Positions 50,751-64,000 of a DNA stretch of 64,000 nt are shown piece by piece; the first letter of the stretch is position 1, and each line of letters begins with the position of its first letter. Source of the stretch: Sphyrna mokarran. Taxonomy: Eukaryota. Below the pieces are notes generated by a model, which did not search any database, was not told the origin of the DNA, and saw only the letters and a program-made list of their open reading frames with translations. Location of the stretch: the NCBI GenBank assembly GCA_024679065.1, contig JAGIQG010000008.1:97278001-97342000 (forward strand), read 5' to 3'. The position numbers were made by a program, and so were the translations under genes.

Positions 50751-53118
50751 ATGAAGTGGCCCTATCTATCTGGCAGGCAAAAGCACAGAATATTGAAGGC
50801 AAGATAAGAGGTTAAAGCTCAGCAAAAAGGTAGTTTGTCATTTCACAATAGAAAGTTCAAAGTATTGAACAGAATTGCACATTCATCCTCATCCACGAGA
50901 AGTATGGATGAATTGATTGATGACTTCAACTCTGGAGATACCACATCGCCTGAAAAATTTGAACAAGGATTTCAAGGACAAGAAGCAGCGGACTCTGAAA
51001 TGGGAATGAGACTATATGATGCTGTTCTAGCTCATTCTCCTGCAGCTGAAGTGAGGAAAGAAACCTACCCTGAAGATATTGCCTCACAGCCAAAATCTGG
51101 TCCACTGTGCATGATTGAATAATTTGTAATAAATGGACTAGAGTACATAACTAATTTGGAAAATTTGAGAAAAAAAGTTTGATGTTGGAGACCAAAAGCA
51201 GCTTAGAAATCTTTGTGAGTCCATTTTCTGATAGTGAAAAGAAATGCCATGCCAGAATAGAGAAATTGGTTGATTTTTGTTTTCAGAAACCTCTAAGGCA
51301 GTCCACCATTACATTTTGCAAATTATTTCACAACCCTAGTAAAGGGAAACAAGCGTTCGTTGACATGTAGTATAACTGAAGAAATGTTGGCAGAGAACTT
51401 GCTGATCATGAAACTTCCAAAAGTCATATTAAGGCTATGTGTGTGTCTGTTCAAATATGTAAATCATCAGGAAAAATTGGTTTTCAATTATCAGCTCAGT
51501 ATGAAAACGAATGTTCTCTCTGGAGGAAAATGTTGAGATGTGTTGTTGCTGCAATCAAATTGTTGTCTTCCTTGGGATTTCTTTTAAGAAGACATAATGA
51601 GACTAATTTTTTAACATATTGAACATAAAATGTATTTGTCACTATAATGGCAGAGCAGCTCAGAAACCAGTTTACTAATGAAGTAAAAGATGCCAAACAC
51701 TATTCCACAATAGATGATTCAACTCCAGGTGTGTGCTATATGGGCCAATTAACTTTCATTTTAAAATCTATCACCAGTGATGATGAAGTTATAGAGTGAT
51801 TTCTCTGCTTTGTCCAGCACTTCTGAGTTTCTGGAGACAATGGCTTTGGAAATCACTGCAAATTTAGGTTTGGACATCAAAAATTGTTGTCGACAGCTTT
51901 GATAATGCAGCAAATATGGCAGGAAAGGAACCAGATCTACAAGCAAGTTTGAACAATGCAACAGCGCAGTCTTCATCCCATATTACAGCCAGTCCGGGAA
52001 TTTAATCTATATGCCGCAACTGAATAATGTGAGGCTACTGTTCATTTTTTTGACTTTGTTCAAGACTTCAATGTCTTTTATTTTTGTTTCCACGCATCAG
52101 TGGAATATGTTGCAATCACGCTTGGAACAGGCACATGGAAAACATTTGATGGATAAAGAATTTGTGACACCAGGTGGTCTGCTTTTGCAGATGCTGTTTT
52201 GGCTTTGAAACTGAAGTTTGTCCATATAACGGAATGTTTATCAGACAAAGTTATATCAGATTCAGAGAAACCATCTGTGAAAACTGGAGCAAATCCTTAG
52301 CAGAGAAGATTGAAAGGTACAACACTGCAGTTTTTACTGTTCTGCGGAATCATTTATTTCAAAGAATGAGCCCCATCAGCAAATCGCTACAAAATATTGG
52401 TATACCTTTACTGAATGCTTCACAATTGTTAGCCTCAGTGAGAAGTTCTGTCATATAAGTTCAAAAGTGAAAACAGAGACATTAGCTTTAACAAAGAATA
52501 CAGTTCCCTCTCATGATAAGAAACATACAAGATGCAGGAACTAGAGATAATTAAATTACTTTAAAAAGGGAAACAGAAGATCATCATTGAGACAGTTAAT
52601 GTTATTTGTTCCATAATAATGGTGCTATTGCAGAGTAGAAGTCAATCTCTGAAGAAGACTCTGAATTATTTTCTGTGCTTTTTGACAGAAGTTTGGATGA
52701 AAATGCTAAGCATCATTTCAATAAGAAATTAACTAAGTTCTTCTGGGAGGATAATGATATAAATCTTTTTGAAAATGCGGTGAAACAATTTATTCATTTC
52801 ACTGATAATGATGATCTCTGTGCTATGACAACACGAGCTGATTTGTACTGGGTTATACATGGTGGTTTTGAGACAATCTTTCCAAACGTGGAAACTATTG
52901 TGAAATTAGCTTTACCAACTTCTGTCACAAATGTTTCCTGTGCATGTTCTTTCCCTGCATTAAAAAGAGTTAAAAACTATCTATGAAATACAATGAGTCA
53001 GGGGCATTTAACAAGTTCAGGAATACTGATGATTGAAAATGCATCCTTACAAGATTTTACCTATGGTGATGTCATTGATGATTTTGTGAAAAAAAAGTGC
53101 AGAAGAAAACCTACCTAA
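50751..53118 (+). mobile_element. Decayed hAT transposase (ZMYM1/DUF4371-like with hATC dimerisation domain)
   Basis: MKWPYLSGRQK start; ..HYSTIDDSTP..GQLTF; FPNVETIVKLALPTSVTNVSCACSFPALKRVKNYL*NTMSQ..L..IEN..DVIDDFVKKKCRRK; many stops and frameshifts. Confidence 0.88.
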
Positions 53119-54149
53119 ATTACCATGGATTTCAAACAACCGATGAAGCAAGAAAATCTTACAAATATATCCCTTTTCCATACTCTCTTGTTTAAGTTCT
53201 GTTTTTCAAACAGGACCACTATTTTTCCATCTGGATATCATGACTGTTACATGCAGATAGTTACAACCAATGAATAAACACTCTCTCCCAACACTCTCAA
53301 CACTGGCCTTCAGAAAGTCTCATTGAGGCAAAGAACAGAATTCTGCTGGGCAGTTGCCAGCAAAGCCATTGTTATTGAACTTAGAATCATTACACTTCAC
53401 TTTATTGGAATATTTGTTCCTGAACCAGAGTTTTCTGGCTCACTCTGTCCTGCACTAGTTTGTGCTATTTTGCAATTATATAATTGGCTGATTTCTCCAT
53501 CTAATTGCTCATCAGCCAGTTCCATGTTTGCTTGCTTCAAAACACATAGATTGAAATATTAACCATCTCTACCATCATGTTGACAACAGGTTAGCTTGGA
53601 CTTTCACAGATCAATTACAGGCTTGTTTTTGTAATTTAAAAAGTACTAAAGCAATTAAGCAGTGACTTGTCATCTATGTTTTTTTGCTACTTTGATGACT
53701 TGCATAGTGGATTTGAATTTGAATTCATCAATTACAGGGTTGTTTTCATCAGCTACAAAGCACTGAAGCAGTGAGCAGTGGCTTATGCACTTGTACCTTT
53801 TTGGGTTCCTGTGACTTGCATTATGGACTTGAGTTTGTCAGTTGTAAGCTTGTTTTCATACGTTAAACAGCACTAAAGCAGTGACTTGTGTACTTTTCTG
53901 CATCTTTGTAGCTTATATTCTGAGAGTTAAGGCTGGGCATGGTCAGGAGGCAATCATGTCATTCGGAGGCAGGGCTTGACATCATTTGGGGTGGGATTGA
54001 TGTCATTTGGGGCAGGCTTTTACATCACTGGTGGGTGAGAATTGACATCACCAAGGGAAGGGCCATGTCACCAGAAGGATGGGGCTTGACATCATGGAGA
54101 GACCCAACATGGATCAGAGCGCAGAGCCCACAAAAGTGTAAGTCTGTCT

Positions 54150-55010
54150 CTGTTCCCCATGATCCTCTATACATCCCAAACTAACCCCACTACTCTGCAT
54201 GTTCTTCCTATAACCATAGATCAACCTCAAACTAACCTCACTGCCTTGGATGTTCTTCCTATCATCCTGCATCAAGCCCAAACTAACCCCACTGCCCTGC
54301 ACATTTCTCCTATAATTCTACATCAACCCCAAATTAACCCCACTGCCCTTCATGCTCTCCCCAGAACTCTGTATCAATCCCAAACTAACCTCATTGCCCT
54401 GCATGCTCTTCCTATAATGTTTCATCAACCCCAAACTAAACCCAGTGTTCTGCATACGTTCCCCATAACTCTATATCAATTCCAAACTAACCCCACTGCC
54501 TTGCATGCTCTCCCCAAGACTCTCTATCAACCCCAGATTTACCCCATTGCCCAACATGCTCTTCCTATAACCCTGCATTAACCCTAAACTAAACCCACTG
54601 CCCTGCACACTTTCCCCATAACACTATATCAAGTCCAAATTAACCCCACTGCCCTGCATGCTCTACCCAGAACTCTTTTTCAAGCCCTAACTAAGCCCAC
54701 TGCTCTGCATGTTCTTGTTATAATGATTCATCAACCCCAAACTAACCCCACTGCCCTGCATACTTTCTCCATAGATGTACATCAATTTCAAATATACTCC
54801 ACTGCCCTGCATGCTCCTCCTATAACTCTGCATCAACCCCAAACTAGCCCCACTGCTAAATACATGTTCTCTGTAACTCTACATCAATCCCAAAATAAAC
54901 CCACTGTCCTCCTCTCTTCCCCTGTTGCTATATGAATCCAAACTAATCTCAGTGCCCCATTCTCTTCCCATGATTCCAAGTTAATCGCACTGTCCCAAAT
55001 TCTTCCCATA
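54150..55010. repeat. 57-bp minisatellite, about 15 degenerate units
   Basis: unit approximately ATCAACCCCAAACTAACCCCACTGCCCTGCATGCTCTCCCCATAACTCTGC; produces the 19-aa-period pseudo-ORF at 54159-54581. Confidence 0.92.
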
Positions 55011-56281
55011 GACTTTTTGCAAAGCCATGTTGAGTTTGCCTGATCATTCTATGATTCCCTTAGTGCATGATAAAGATGTCCTAATGATAGCTCCCAGCAT
55101 TTCTTTGATGACTGATGTCAAGCTAACCAGCCTGTTGCTCCCTGTTTTCTGCCTCCTCTTTCTTTTGAAAATAAAGCGTGACACTTTTTTCCAAGAAAGG
55201 AGTTTTTTGAAAGTACAGTCAGAAACACAATAAAGCACTGGCTTTAAAAAATTGCTAAGCCTGAAAGTGATTGGGATGTGTGGGAGGAAATTGGCATCTG
55301 AGCCCTCATGACAGCATTAACTTCCTGTTAGCTATCTTTGAAATTACTGGAATCTCCAACTATATTCCTTTTCCTGGGCCGTAGCCAATTGTAAAATATG
55401 TTTTAAGTCAATCAAAACCTTTCACTGAGGCACATTATTAACCATCCCTTGTGACCAAAGCATAACAAAACCAGTCAAATTGTAAAGTTCAAACATCAAC
55501 TGAGACATAGATTTTGGGGAAAAACACAACTCTTCACATCTGGAAAGTTTCAGAATAATGAGAAAACTGCTTGCAGCTGATTTTAAAATCCAGCCACACG
55601 GGACAATTATAGCCAAACAGCTCGCTGTGGAGCTGAACCAATTCATGAATTTCTCCAAGTGCATTAAGTATCAGACTCTGTGGCAAAGCTTTCACAACTG
55701 ATAATCCCTGCCAAGAATTCATTTTAATGGCCATCTGTTTAGCTTATCTGATAGTAACTCGTGGTTGGTGAGGATGGGAAGTGTGGTGCTGTGTAGCACC
55801 GCTTCTGTGCTAAATGGGACACAACATATCTAATGACTCAAAACTGGACATCTATTATGCACTGTAGGCCATTAGCATCACAAGAATTGTATTCAAATAC
55901 AATCAATGAGTTCTATCCCTCTCTCCACTTATACCATCAAACCAGGTTCAACAACAAGTGCAAGAACACATACTGGAGGTAACACCAGACATACCTAAAA
56001 ATTAGATGCCAAATCAGCAAAGCTACATCACTGGATTACACGCATGTTAGACAGCTGAAACAGTACACTGAAGGCAGAGCTAAGGAACCAATTAATCCAA
56101 TCAAAGCACTTCAGCCCTGTCACATCCAATCAGGAATGCTGGTGGATATTTAAATCCCTCAGTGAAGAGGGAGCCCAGAACATTGGTGCAACTGACAAAA
56201 CTGAAGCATTTGAGGTATTCTTCAGCCAGAGGAGCTATGTAGATAAGCCATCTCATTTCCCCTTCTGAGGTTCCTCAGCGT

Positions 56282-56572
56282 CACAGTGGCACAATGGTTA
56301 GCACTGCAGCTTCACAGTCCATGGGATCCGGGTTCGATTCCCAGCTGGGGTCACATTCTTCCTGTGTCTGTGTGAGTTTCCTCTGGGTGCTCCAGTTTCC
56401 TCCCACAGTTCAGAGATGTATGTGGATTTGGTGGATTGGCTATCCTAAATTGCGAGGGGACTACCTAGGGCAAATGCATGGGATTATGGGGATAGGGCCT
56501 GGATGGAATTGTGATTGGTGCAGATTCATTGGGCCGGATGGCCTCTTTCTGGATTGATTCTGTGGTCTATGA
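56282..56572 (+). mobile_element. HE1-type SINE with CR1-like tail
   Basis: A/B boxes, partly deleted V-domain, CR1-like end. Confidence 0.88.
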
Positions 56573-58614
56573 CAAGTGTCAGTCTTCAGTAAATTTGATT
56601 CATCTATGTTAAAAAAAAGTAGGTTAGGGGACAGGGAGAGAAGTTAAAACAAAGTTCCCACTAAGGGAAGAACATAAACAAAATAGAGGAGCATGCCTCA
56701 AAGCATTTTTCTAGTACAATAGGGTGCCATTACATATAAAAGTTCAGGGAACTCCTGCTATATGATACTATAATGATAGGGGGTATTATAAGGTACTATA
56801 TAGTATTAGAGGGTATTATAGGGTATTATAGTGCTAGAAGTATTATGAGTGCTATAGTGATAGGAACATTATAGGGTACTGTAGTATTAGGGGTATTGTA
56901 GTTAGCGGAAAAGACAGGCATACTTGTGGCCAAAGATGTAAATACAAGATTGTATATTGTCTCCTTGGTGTTCGAGTCAAGAACATCTGTGAAAAGCTGC
57001 AGAGCACCCTGAAAGGGAAAAGTAAACAACTGGAGATTGTGCTCCGTACTAATACCAATCATTGAGGCAGAAAGAGAAATGAGGCTCTGAAGGCAGAATT
57101 TAGTGGACTAGGAATAAACTAGCTCGCAGAATTCAAAGATTGGAAGCTCTGAATTACTCCCAATACCACATGTTGGTGAGTATAGGAATAGAAGGATAAA
57201 ATAGATGAATGCATGGCTGGAAGGATGGTGCAGCAAAGAAAATTTTAGATTCCTGGGACATTAGAAATGATTTGGGGTAGATGGAACAAGAGCAAGATGG
57301 ATGGATTTCATATCTTAATGGGACTGTTTTCTATTGCTATTGCGGAGGATAGAAACTTGGCAGGAGATGGGGGTGGGTGGGAGGTTGTGTGAGAAGGAGA
57401 AATAAAGGCCAGAATTTTCCTACCACATCATGATGTGGTAACATCCACTGTGGGGGAGGTGGTGGGACAACTCGTAGTCCTTTGACCTTCAGTGGAATCA
57501 GGGGCGTAATGAGGTTAATAATCTGAATTTTTTTGCCTGAATCAAATGCAACTTGGAATAGGAGCAGACAGATTAGGAGAAATAACATGTGGCTGGTGTG
57601 GGATACTGACACAAGAGCTATGGGATGAGAAGGAGCTGTACCGATAGGGGAAGATCCACCTGAGGCAGGATAAGATCGTGTCCTTGTGGAAAGTGTAAAC
57701 AGGGAGAAGGCAAAAGCTTTAAACTAGAAAGGGAGAGGCATCCACAAGAAATGTAAGCACGTTAAATATGATCATAATACAGTAGGAATGCAGGAAAGAA
57801 TGAAATAAGGGAGGACATAGATGACAGGGAATAAATATACTTATAGATCACATGTTAAAAAGGGTGGTTAAATATAAAGTAAGAGGAAATCCCATGTAGA
57901 ATGAGTTAAAATATCTGTAATAGTAATAAAACAGAGGAGTTGGAGGCATTTATACTGAGAGGAATCTCTCACCACAGGAATTTATGATACAAGGATGCTG
58001 AAAATCAAGTTTGGAAATTTGTATTGCAGTGTATAACATTTATAAGAAATATTATACTAATAATGTAATATAATTAATATATAATAATGACTATTATGTT
58101 AGTCATAATAACATAATGGCAGAGCAAAAAGGGACACAGCTATCAGAATAGAATCCAAATAGACACAGATAAAATAGAATAAAGGATCAATCAAACTAAT
58201 GGCTGCAGTGTACACAACATCTAATAGCAGTGGACGAAGAGATATATGTGCATATTAGGGAATTGAGTGAAAAAGAGAATAATAATCATGAGGGAATTGC
58301 AGCTGATATTAATTGGACAGCAAAGGTAGGTAAAGAAGATGAGGAAATAGAGTTCCTACAATGCATACAGATTCCATTCCAATCCAATATCTAATAAATC
58401 CAATAGGGAAAGATTCACAATTAGATCGAGGGTGAGGAGTGCACCAGAGCAGCTAAGTGTCCATCTCGGCAAAAAGGCCCAAGATAATCCTGCCATTAGT
58501 GAGAAAATCTGCCTATATTCACCCTGTTTCAAGAATTAATCAATCTAATCTCTGCAATCATTGGAGCATGCCATTTAAATGTCTTCTCAGCAATTGTTCC
58601 AAATTGATCTGGGT

Positions 58615-59400
58615 GGATGGCTGACAGAAAAACTGCATCACTTTACCAAGAGAGCCTTCAGCAAGATTCAGGATGGGATCCAGCAGAGGCAGGAAACCGT
58701 GTACCAATGAGTGACCAGACACCCAGCCAATAAAGTGATCACCTCAGCTAGGAGGCTATGGACATGATAGTGAGAGCCAGCTCACTCTCTATGAGGATGG
58801 GGCTGTAGTGCTAGAAGAATTTTCTGACCTTCTTCATGCAGCTAAGATAAATCCAACTCCTCGTGTCTCCTGCAGCACCCCTTCACATATCCCTCACATC
58901 TTCATTGTGATCTCACTCTCACCAACCTCATGGAATCACAGCACTGGTCATGGGCACCCTCCCTCCTGCTTTCTCACTCTCTGTACTGCCCCCAGTGCTC
59001 TGCTCTCCCTCACCCCTCCACTCATATCTCACCTTACATGTCTGCCACCTACATCCTCCCCACCTGTCTCATTGCAGGGCAAACACAAGCACAACTGGCG
59101 TGAGTAGGCACAGCTGGCCAGAGTGACGCCAAAGTTTAGGACCCACCTAAATGGTTCTCCATTTGACAAACGAACCATTGAGCTGCCCGATGATGAAAAG
59201 GACAACACCCATGTAGAAGGCAAGCTGGCAGCAAGAGACAAAGTGAGAACGCTAAACATTTCTAGCCTTGTGCAAGCCTCACGTGAGTGACCTCTTCCCT
59301 TTCAGTGTTCCAGTGTCCCGTGCTAATGCCGTCTCCTGTCCTTTGCAGATCTATCAGCTTATCAACCCAATTCATCCTTGCAGCCCCCTGAAACCACAGA
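58615..59400 (+). mobile_element. Decayed Harbinger-type Myb/SANT DNA-binding gene with introns
   Basis: *C*KNFSDLLHAAK, then a pyrimidine-rich intron and ttgcag|GKHKHNWRE*AQ..SPFDKRTIEL..|gtgag; resembles Myb_DNA-bind_5 proteins of Harbinger elements. Confidence 0.6.
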
Positions 59401-61408
59401 TCGGAATCCTACCGTGCAGAAGGAATCCATTCAGAGCATCAAGTCTGTCCTGACCACAATCCCACCCAGGCCGCTGTCCTTGTCACCCACATGCTTACCT
59501 TGCTAATCCCCCTGACACTAGGGTCAATTTAGCAAGGCCAATCAGCCTAACCTGTACATCTTTGGACTGTGGGAGGAAACTGGAACCCCCAGAGGAAACT
59601 CACCCATAAAATACAATATGTAAAGCTGTACTACAGTGTAACATGTTTACAAGAATGATGATGCAGCAGTGCTTTTAGATTGATCATGCATTATATAGTT
59701 GAAGGAACTAGTCAGTGCTGTTAGCAGCTGAAATCCTGGCTATTTGCACCAATCCAAGTTTGCCACTTGATGGAGTCAAAGCATCACTGCAAGTTCATCA
59801 ACATGCGCTAAGTGTGAAAGGAAATAAGGAACAACTGGTTCAGCCATCCACTTTCCCTTTCTTTCTCTCTCTTTCTCCCTCCCTCTTTCCTCCACTTTCT
59901 CTCACTCTCCCTTTAAATCTTTGTCTCGTTTTCCCTCTACCGCCCTCTTTGCTTCCTCTTATTTGCGCTCCTTCTCTCTGTGTCTCACTCACTTTCTCTT
60001 TTCAAACTCTCTGTCTCCCTCTTGTTCTCTTGTACCCTTTTCCCTTTCTCTGTCCTCTCCTGTTCCTCCCCCCATCTCTCTGTTAGTCTGCAAAAGGAAC
60101 CTAATTTGTATGTTGCCGAGGCTAGTGGATTCTGGGAGCAGTATTTCTCCTGCAGTGTGTGAGGAAGGGGGAACTGCAGCCTTTAAACGTATTTAGTTGA
60201 AGTACAGAATTTTCCATTGTGTACAAAGAGAATAAACATTGAGACAGAGTGGCTGGAGCCAGATTGACTGAAGCAATTATCTCCATGCTTTGTTGATTAT
60301 GTGGGGGCCCACTTACACCAACCTCAACTTCTGACCACAACAATGTGGATCCATCCAGCTCCTAATGTTCAGGCTTCTCATTTTTACTGATCACAATTAG
60401 ATTTTTTATTTAGGGTTCTTGTGCAATTACTTTATTTTGAAACTGAAATTCTGAATTGAATAGCCAAGACTTGGATTCCAGTGAGAACAGAATTTCAGTC
60501 TGATTGTTGACATGTTTAGTACCAGCTTAATTAACTATATCCTGTAATTAGAAATAAGTAACTGCTGAGATTCCAGTCTCAGATACCCATTTGTCTAGAT
60601 TTCCAGTACGGATGCGCAAAGCCAAATTTCCCACTTTAGACAATTATATGAATGAACAACATGTAAATAGACCCTTTGGCCCAACTTATCTATGCTGACC
60701 AAGTTTCCTAAATTGAATTAGTCCCATTTGCCTGCTTTTGGTCCACATCCCTCTAAACATTTCCAATCCATGAACCCATTCAAATGTCTTTTAAATGTTG
60801 TAACTATACCCACATCTACCATCTCCTCTGACAGCTCATTCCATATACGCACCACCTTCTGTGCGAAAAAGTTGCCCCTTAGATCCTTTAAATATTTCCC
60901 CTCTCACTTATGCCCTTAGACTCCCCTACCCTGAGGAAAAGACCTATTTTCCTTATCTGGGCCCCTCATGATTTAATTAACCTCTTATATTTATCCAAAT
61001 GTTTTTTAAATGCAGCTGCCTCAATCACTTTCTTTGGCAGCTCATTCCGTTCATGCACCACTCACTGTGTGAAGAAGTTGCCCCTTGGGTCCCTTTTAAA
61101 TCTTTCCCTCCCCCTTAAACGTATGTTCTCTGCACTGTACGGTTTCTATGATTCTGAGATTCTATGATTCCGGGACATCAACACTTTGTCCATGGTCCCA
61201 ACCTTCTTTAGAATGGGGAAGGGGATTGAGGGGATAATACAAATCGTGAATTTAACGAGATCCCATGTTCTAAACAAAGTCCTCTGAGCATGCTTTCCTC
61301 AGTGAAGTTGAAACCCTGCATTTGAATGTGAAATACCGGACTAAAGCAAGTACAACATCTTCAGCCAGAGTGCTGCGAGAATAATCCAACCTGGCCACTT
61401 CTGGAGAT

Positions 61409-63294
61409 CTCAGTAAGAATTTAGCAACACCAATTTATAATCCAACCGATTTATTTGATAGTAAAAAAGCAAGCTTTCGACTCTGTGTCTTCCTCAGGCA
61501 AATGTAGTGTTCTGGTCTGCAATAGCACACATCAGCACAGACAGTCAGAGATTGCTGATTAGAATGCGAATCCTTACATCTAACCTGCTATTCAAGTGTT
61601 AAAGTGGCTAACAATGTGTGTGAAGGGAATCCTGAGCATTGGTTAGAGAATTGTGTATTTTCTCCAGACAGCACAGTAAGTGAGGTTTTTTGCTAACCCA
61701 GGCAAGTTACGGGGGTTACAGATAGTGTGTCATGAAGCCAAGATCCCTGTTAAGACCGTCCTCATGTGTGCGGAGCTTGGCTATCAGTCTCTGCTCAGCG
61801 ACTCTGCGCTGTCGTGTATCACGAAAGCCCCCTTGAAGAACATTTACCCGCAGGTCGGAGGCCGAATGCCCATGACTGCTGAAGTGTTCGCCCACAGGAA
61901 GGGAACTGTTTTGCCTGGTGATTGTTGAGCGATGCTCATTCATCCGCTGTCGTAGTGTCTGCATGGTCTCCCCAATATACCATGCTTCAGGACATCCTTT
62001 CTTGCAACGTATTAGGTAGACAACGTTGGCTGAGTTGCAAGTGTATGTACCGTGTACCTGGTACATACCAGAATGCTCTACTTCTCCAGCTTCCACCCTA
62101 GACACTTTAAAGAAGCCATTCCCTATGGACAAGCCCTCCGTATACACAGAATTTGCTCAGATGAGGAGGATCGTGATAGACACCTCCAGACGCTGAAGGA
62201 TGCCCTCGTGAGAACAGGATATGGCGCTCGACTCATCGATCGACAGTTCCGACGTGCCACAATGATAAACCGCACTGACCTCCTCAGAAGACGAACACGG
62301 GACACGGTGGACAGAGTACCCTTTGTTGTCCAGTACTTCCCCGGAGCGGAGAAGCTACGACATCTTCTCCGGAGTCTTCAACATATCATTGATGACGATG
62401 AACATCTCGCTAGGGCCATCCCCACCCCCCACTTCTTGCTTTCAGACAACCGCACAACCTCAAACAGATCATTGTTCGCAGCAAACTACCCAACCTTCAG
62501 GAGAACAGTGACCACAATACCACACAACCCTGCCACAGCAACCTCTGCAAGACATGCCGGATCATAGACATGGACGACATCATCAAACGTGAGGATACCA
62601 TTCACCAGGTACACGTTACATACACTTGCAACTCGGCCAACATTGTCTACCTAATACGTTTCAAGAAAGGATGTCCCGAAGCATGATATATTGGGGAGAC
62701 CATGCAGACACTACGACAGCGGATGAATGAGCATCGCTCAGCAATCACCAGGCAAAACAGTTCCCTTCCTGTGGGCGAACACTTCAGCAGTCATGGGCAT
62801 TCGGCCTCTGACCTGGGGGTAAATGTTCTTCAAGGGGGCTTTCGTGATGCACGACAGCGCAGAGTCGCTGAGCAGAGACTGATAGCCAAGCTCCGCACAC
62901 ATGAGGACGGTCTTAACAGGGATCTTGGCTTCATGACACACTATCTGTAACCCCCGTAACTTGCCTGGGTTAGCAAAAAACCTCACTTACTGTGCTGTCT
63001 GGAGAAAATACACAATTCTCCAACAATGCTCAGGATTCCCTTCACACACATTGTTTGCCACTTTAACACTTGAATAGCAGGTTAGATGTAAGGATTCGCA
63101 TTCTAATCAGCAATCTGACTGTCTGTGCTGATGTGTGCTATTGCAGACCAGAACACTGCATTTGCCTGAGGAAGACACAGAGTCGAAAGCTCGCTTTTTT
63201 ACTATCAAATAAATCGGTTGGATTATAAATTGGTGTTGCTAAATTCTTACTGAGTTCTTACCACCCCAATCCAACGCCGGCATCTGTACATCAT
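61409..63294 (+). mobile_element. Penelope-like retroelement (Neptune type), 5'-truncated, with an inverted 3' arm
   Basis: 62073-62950 encodes the RT C-terminus (FSSFHP..AIPYGQALRIHRICS), the PCHSNLCKTC linker and a GIY-YIG endonuclease (VYLI..YIGET..LRQRMNEH..GLN), with a frameshift near 62425 and TGA at 62684; 61409-62062 is the reverse complement of 62604-63254; duplication CACTTCTGGAGATCTC at 61396-61411 and 63295-63310. Confidence 0.95.
63160..63194 (+). ncRNA. Minimal type-I hammerhead-ribozyme motif in the Penelope pLTR (mirror copy at 61469-61503, minus strand)
   Basis: gc-CUGAGGA-A-GAC-acaga-GUC-GAAA-GCU-C-gc; stem I is only 2 bp in this subfamily. Confidence 0.65.
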
Positions 63295-63654
63295 CACTTC
63301 TGGAGATCTCCAGCATCACAAATACCAGCCTGCAGCCGAATAAATTCGCCTGACATGATATCAAGATTTCCAAAACCCAACAGATGCTTCGTTTTCTCCT
63401 TCTGTCACCCCTCAATGAAATATCAGCACTGTCAAGCTGGATTTTCTTTCTCAAATCCGTGATGACCATGTTTGAAATTAAGGGAGGCAACATGAGGCCT
63501 AAAATCAATAGTAAAATGGATAAGAGAGTGAGAGGCAGGAATATAAAGACCTGGGAACAGAGGCAATGCACTATTCAGAGAGACTGTACTTGTACAAAAC
63601 AGCATGAGTCAATAGAGGGCATCAGAAGCTAAAATGAAATGTTCCCACAACGCG

Positions 63655-64000
63655 TGCAGAATGTTTACGAATGTTTGAGCGTTTCCGTATGTTCCAAAGT
63701 GTTTCTGATCGTCTCTGACTGTCTTTGAGTGTTTTAAATGATTCTGAATGTTTCTCAGTGTTTTGAGTGTTTCTGAAAGTCTCTGAATGTTTTTGAATGT
63801 TTCTGAGTGTTTCTTACTATTTCTCATCTTTCACAGTGTTTCTTAGTGTGTTTCAATGTTCCTAAGTGTTTCTCGGTGTTTCTCAGTATTTCTTGATGTT
63901 TTTGAGAGTTTCTTGGCATTTCTCAGTATTTCTCAGTGTTTCCCAATGTTTCTGAGTGTATCTCAGTGTTTGTGTTTCTCAGTGTTTCTGAGTATTTCTC
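63655..64000. repeat. 10-bp minisatellite (TGTTTCTSAG)n, runs off the window end
   Basis: repeated tgtttctcag / tgtttctgag. Confidence 0.9.

Noticed and set aside
50751-53118. Functional domesticated ZMYM1/ZBED-like gene
   Set aside because: Numerous stops and frameshifts throughout.
54159-54581. 140-aa ORF with 19-aa repeats (QPQTNPTALH)
   Set aside because: By-product of a 57-bp minisatellite; stops occur in later units and no splice or promoter context was seen.

Overview
Eukaryotic, repeat-rich vertebrate DNA, almost certainly a shark (HE1/V-type SINEs, HER1/CR1 LINEs and Deu-type SINEs typical of elasmobranchs; taxon is inference). Host genes: (1) the last four coding exons (+, 2802-8316) of a tandem immunoglobulin C1-set-domain gene, with degenerate cysteines and a stop codon sitting directly on a splice donor; (2) a complete two-exon IFITM/CD225 (dispanin) gene (+, 34488-38568, 127 aa, TATA box); (3) possibly a heavily decayed TRIM exon near 18.0-18.5 kb. 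The rest is mostly transposon-derived: CR1, Rex1 and Tx1 LINE pieces, many SINEs, decayed hAT and Harbinger elements, and minisatellites. The most striking signal is a set of five Penelope-like (Neptune-type) insertions from about three subfamilies. All carry a minimal hammerhead-ribozyme motif with covarying stems. Three have inverted arms, a one-sided tail and 13-16 bp target duplications, and their breakpoints cluster at the ribozyme. A V-domain SINE family with a structured non-tRNA head is also present in four copies. All coordinates were read by eye and no database searches were run.
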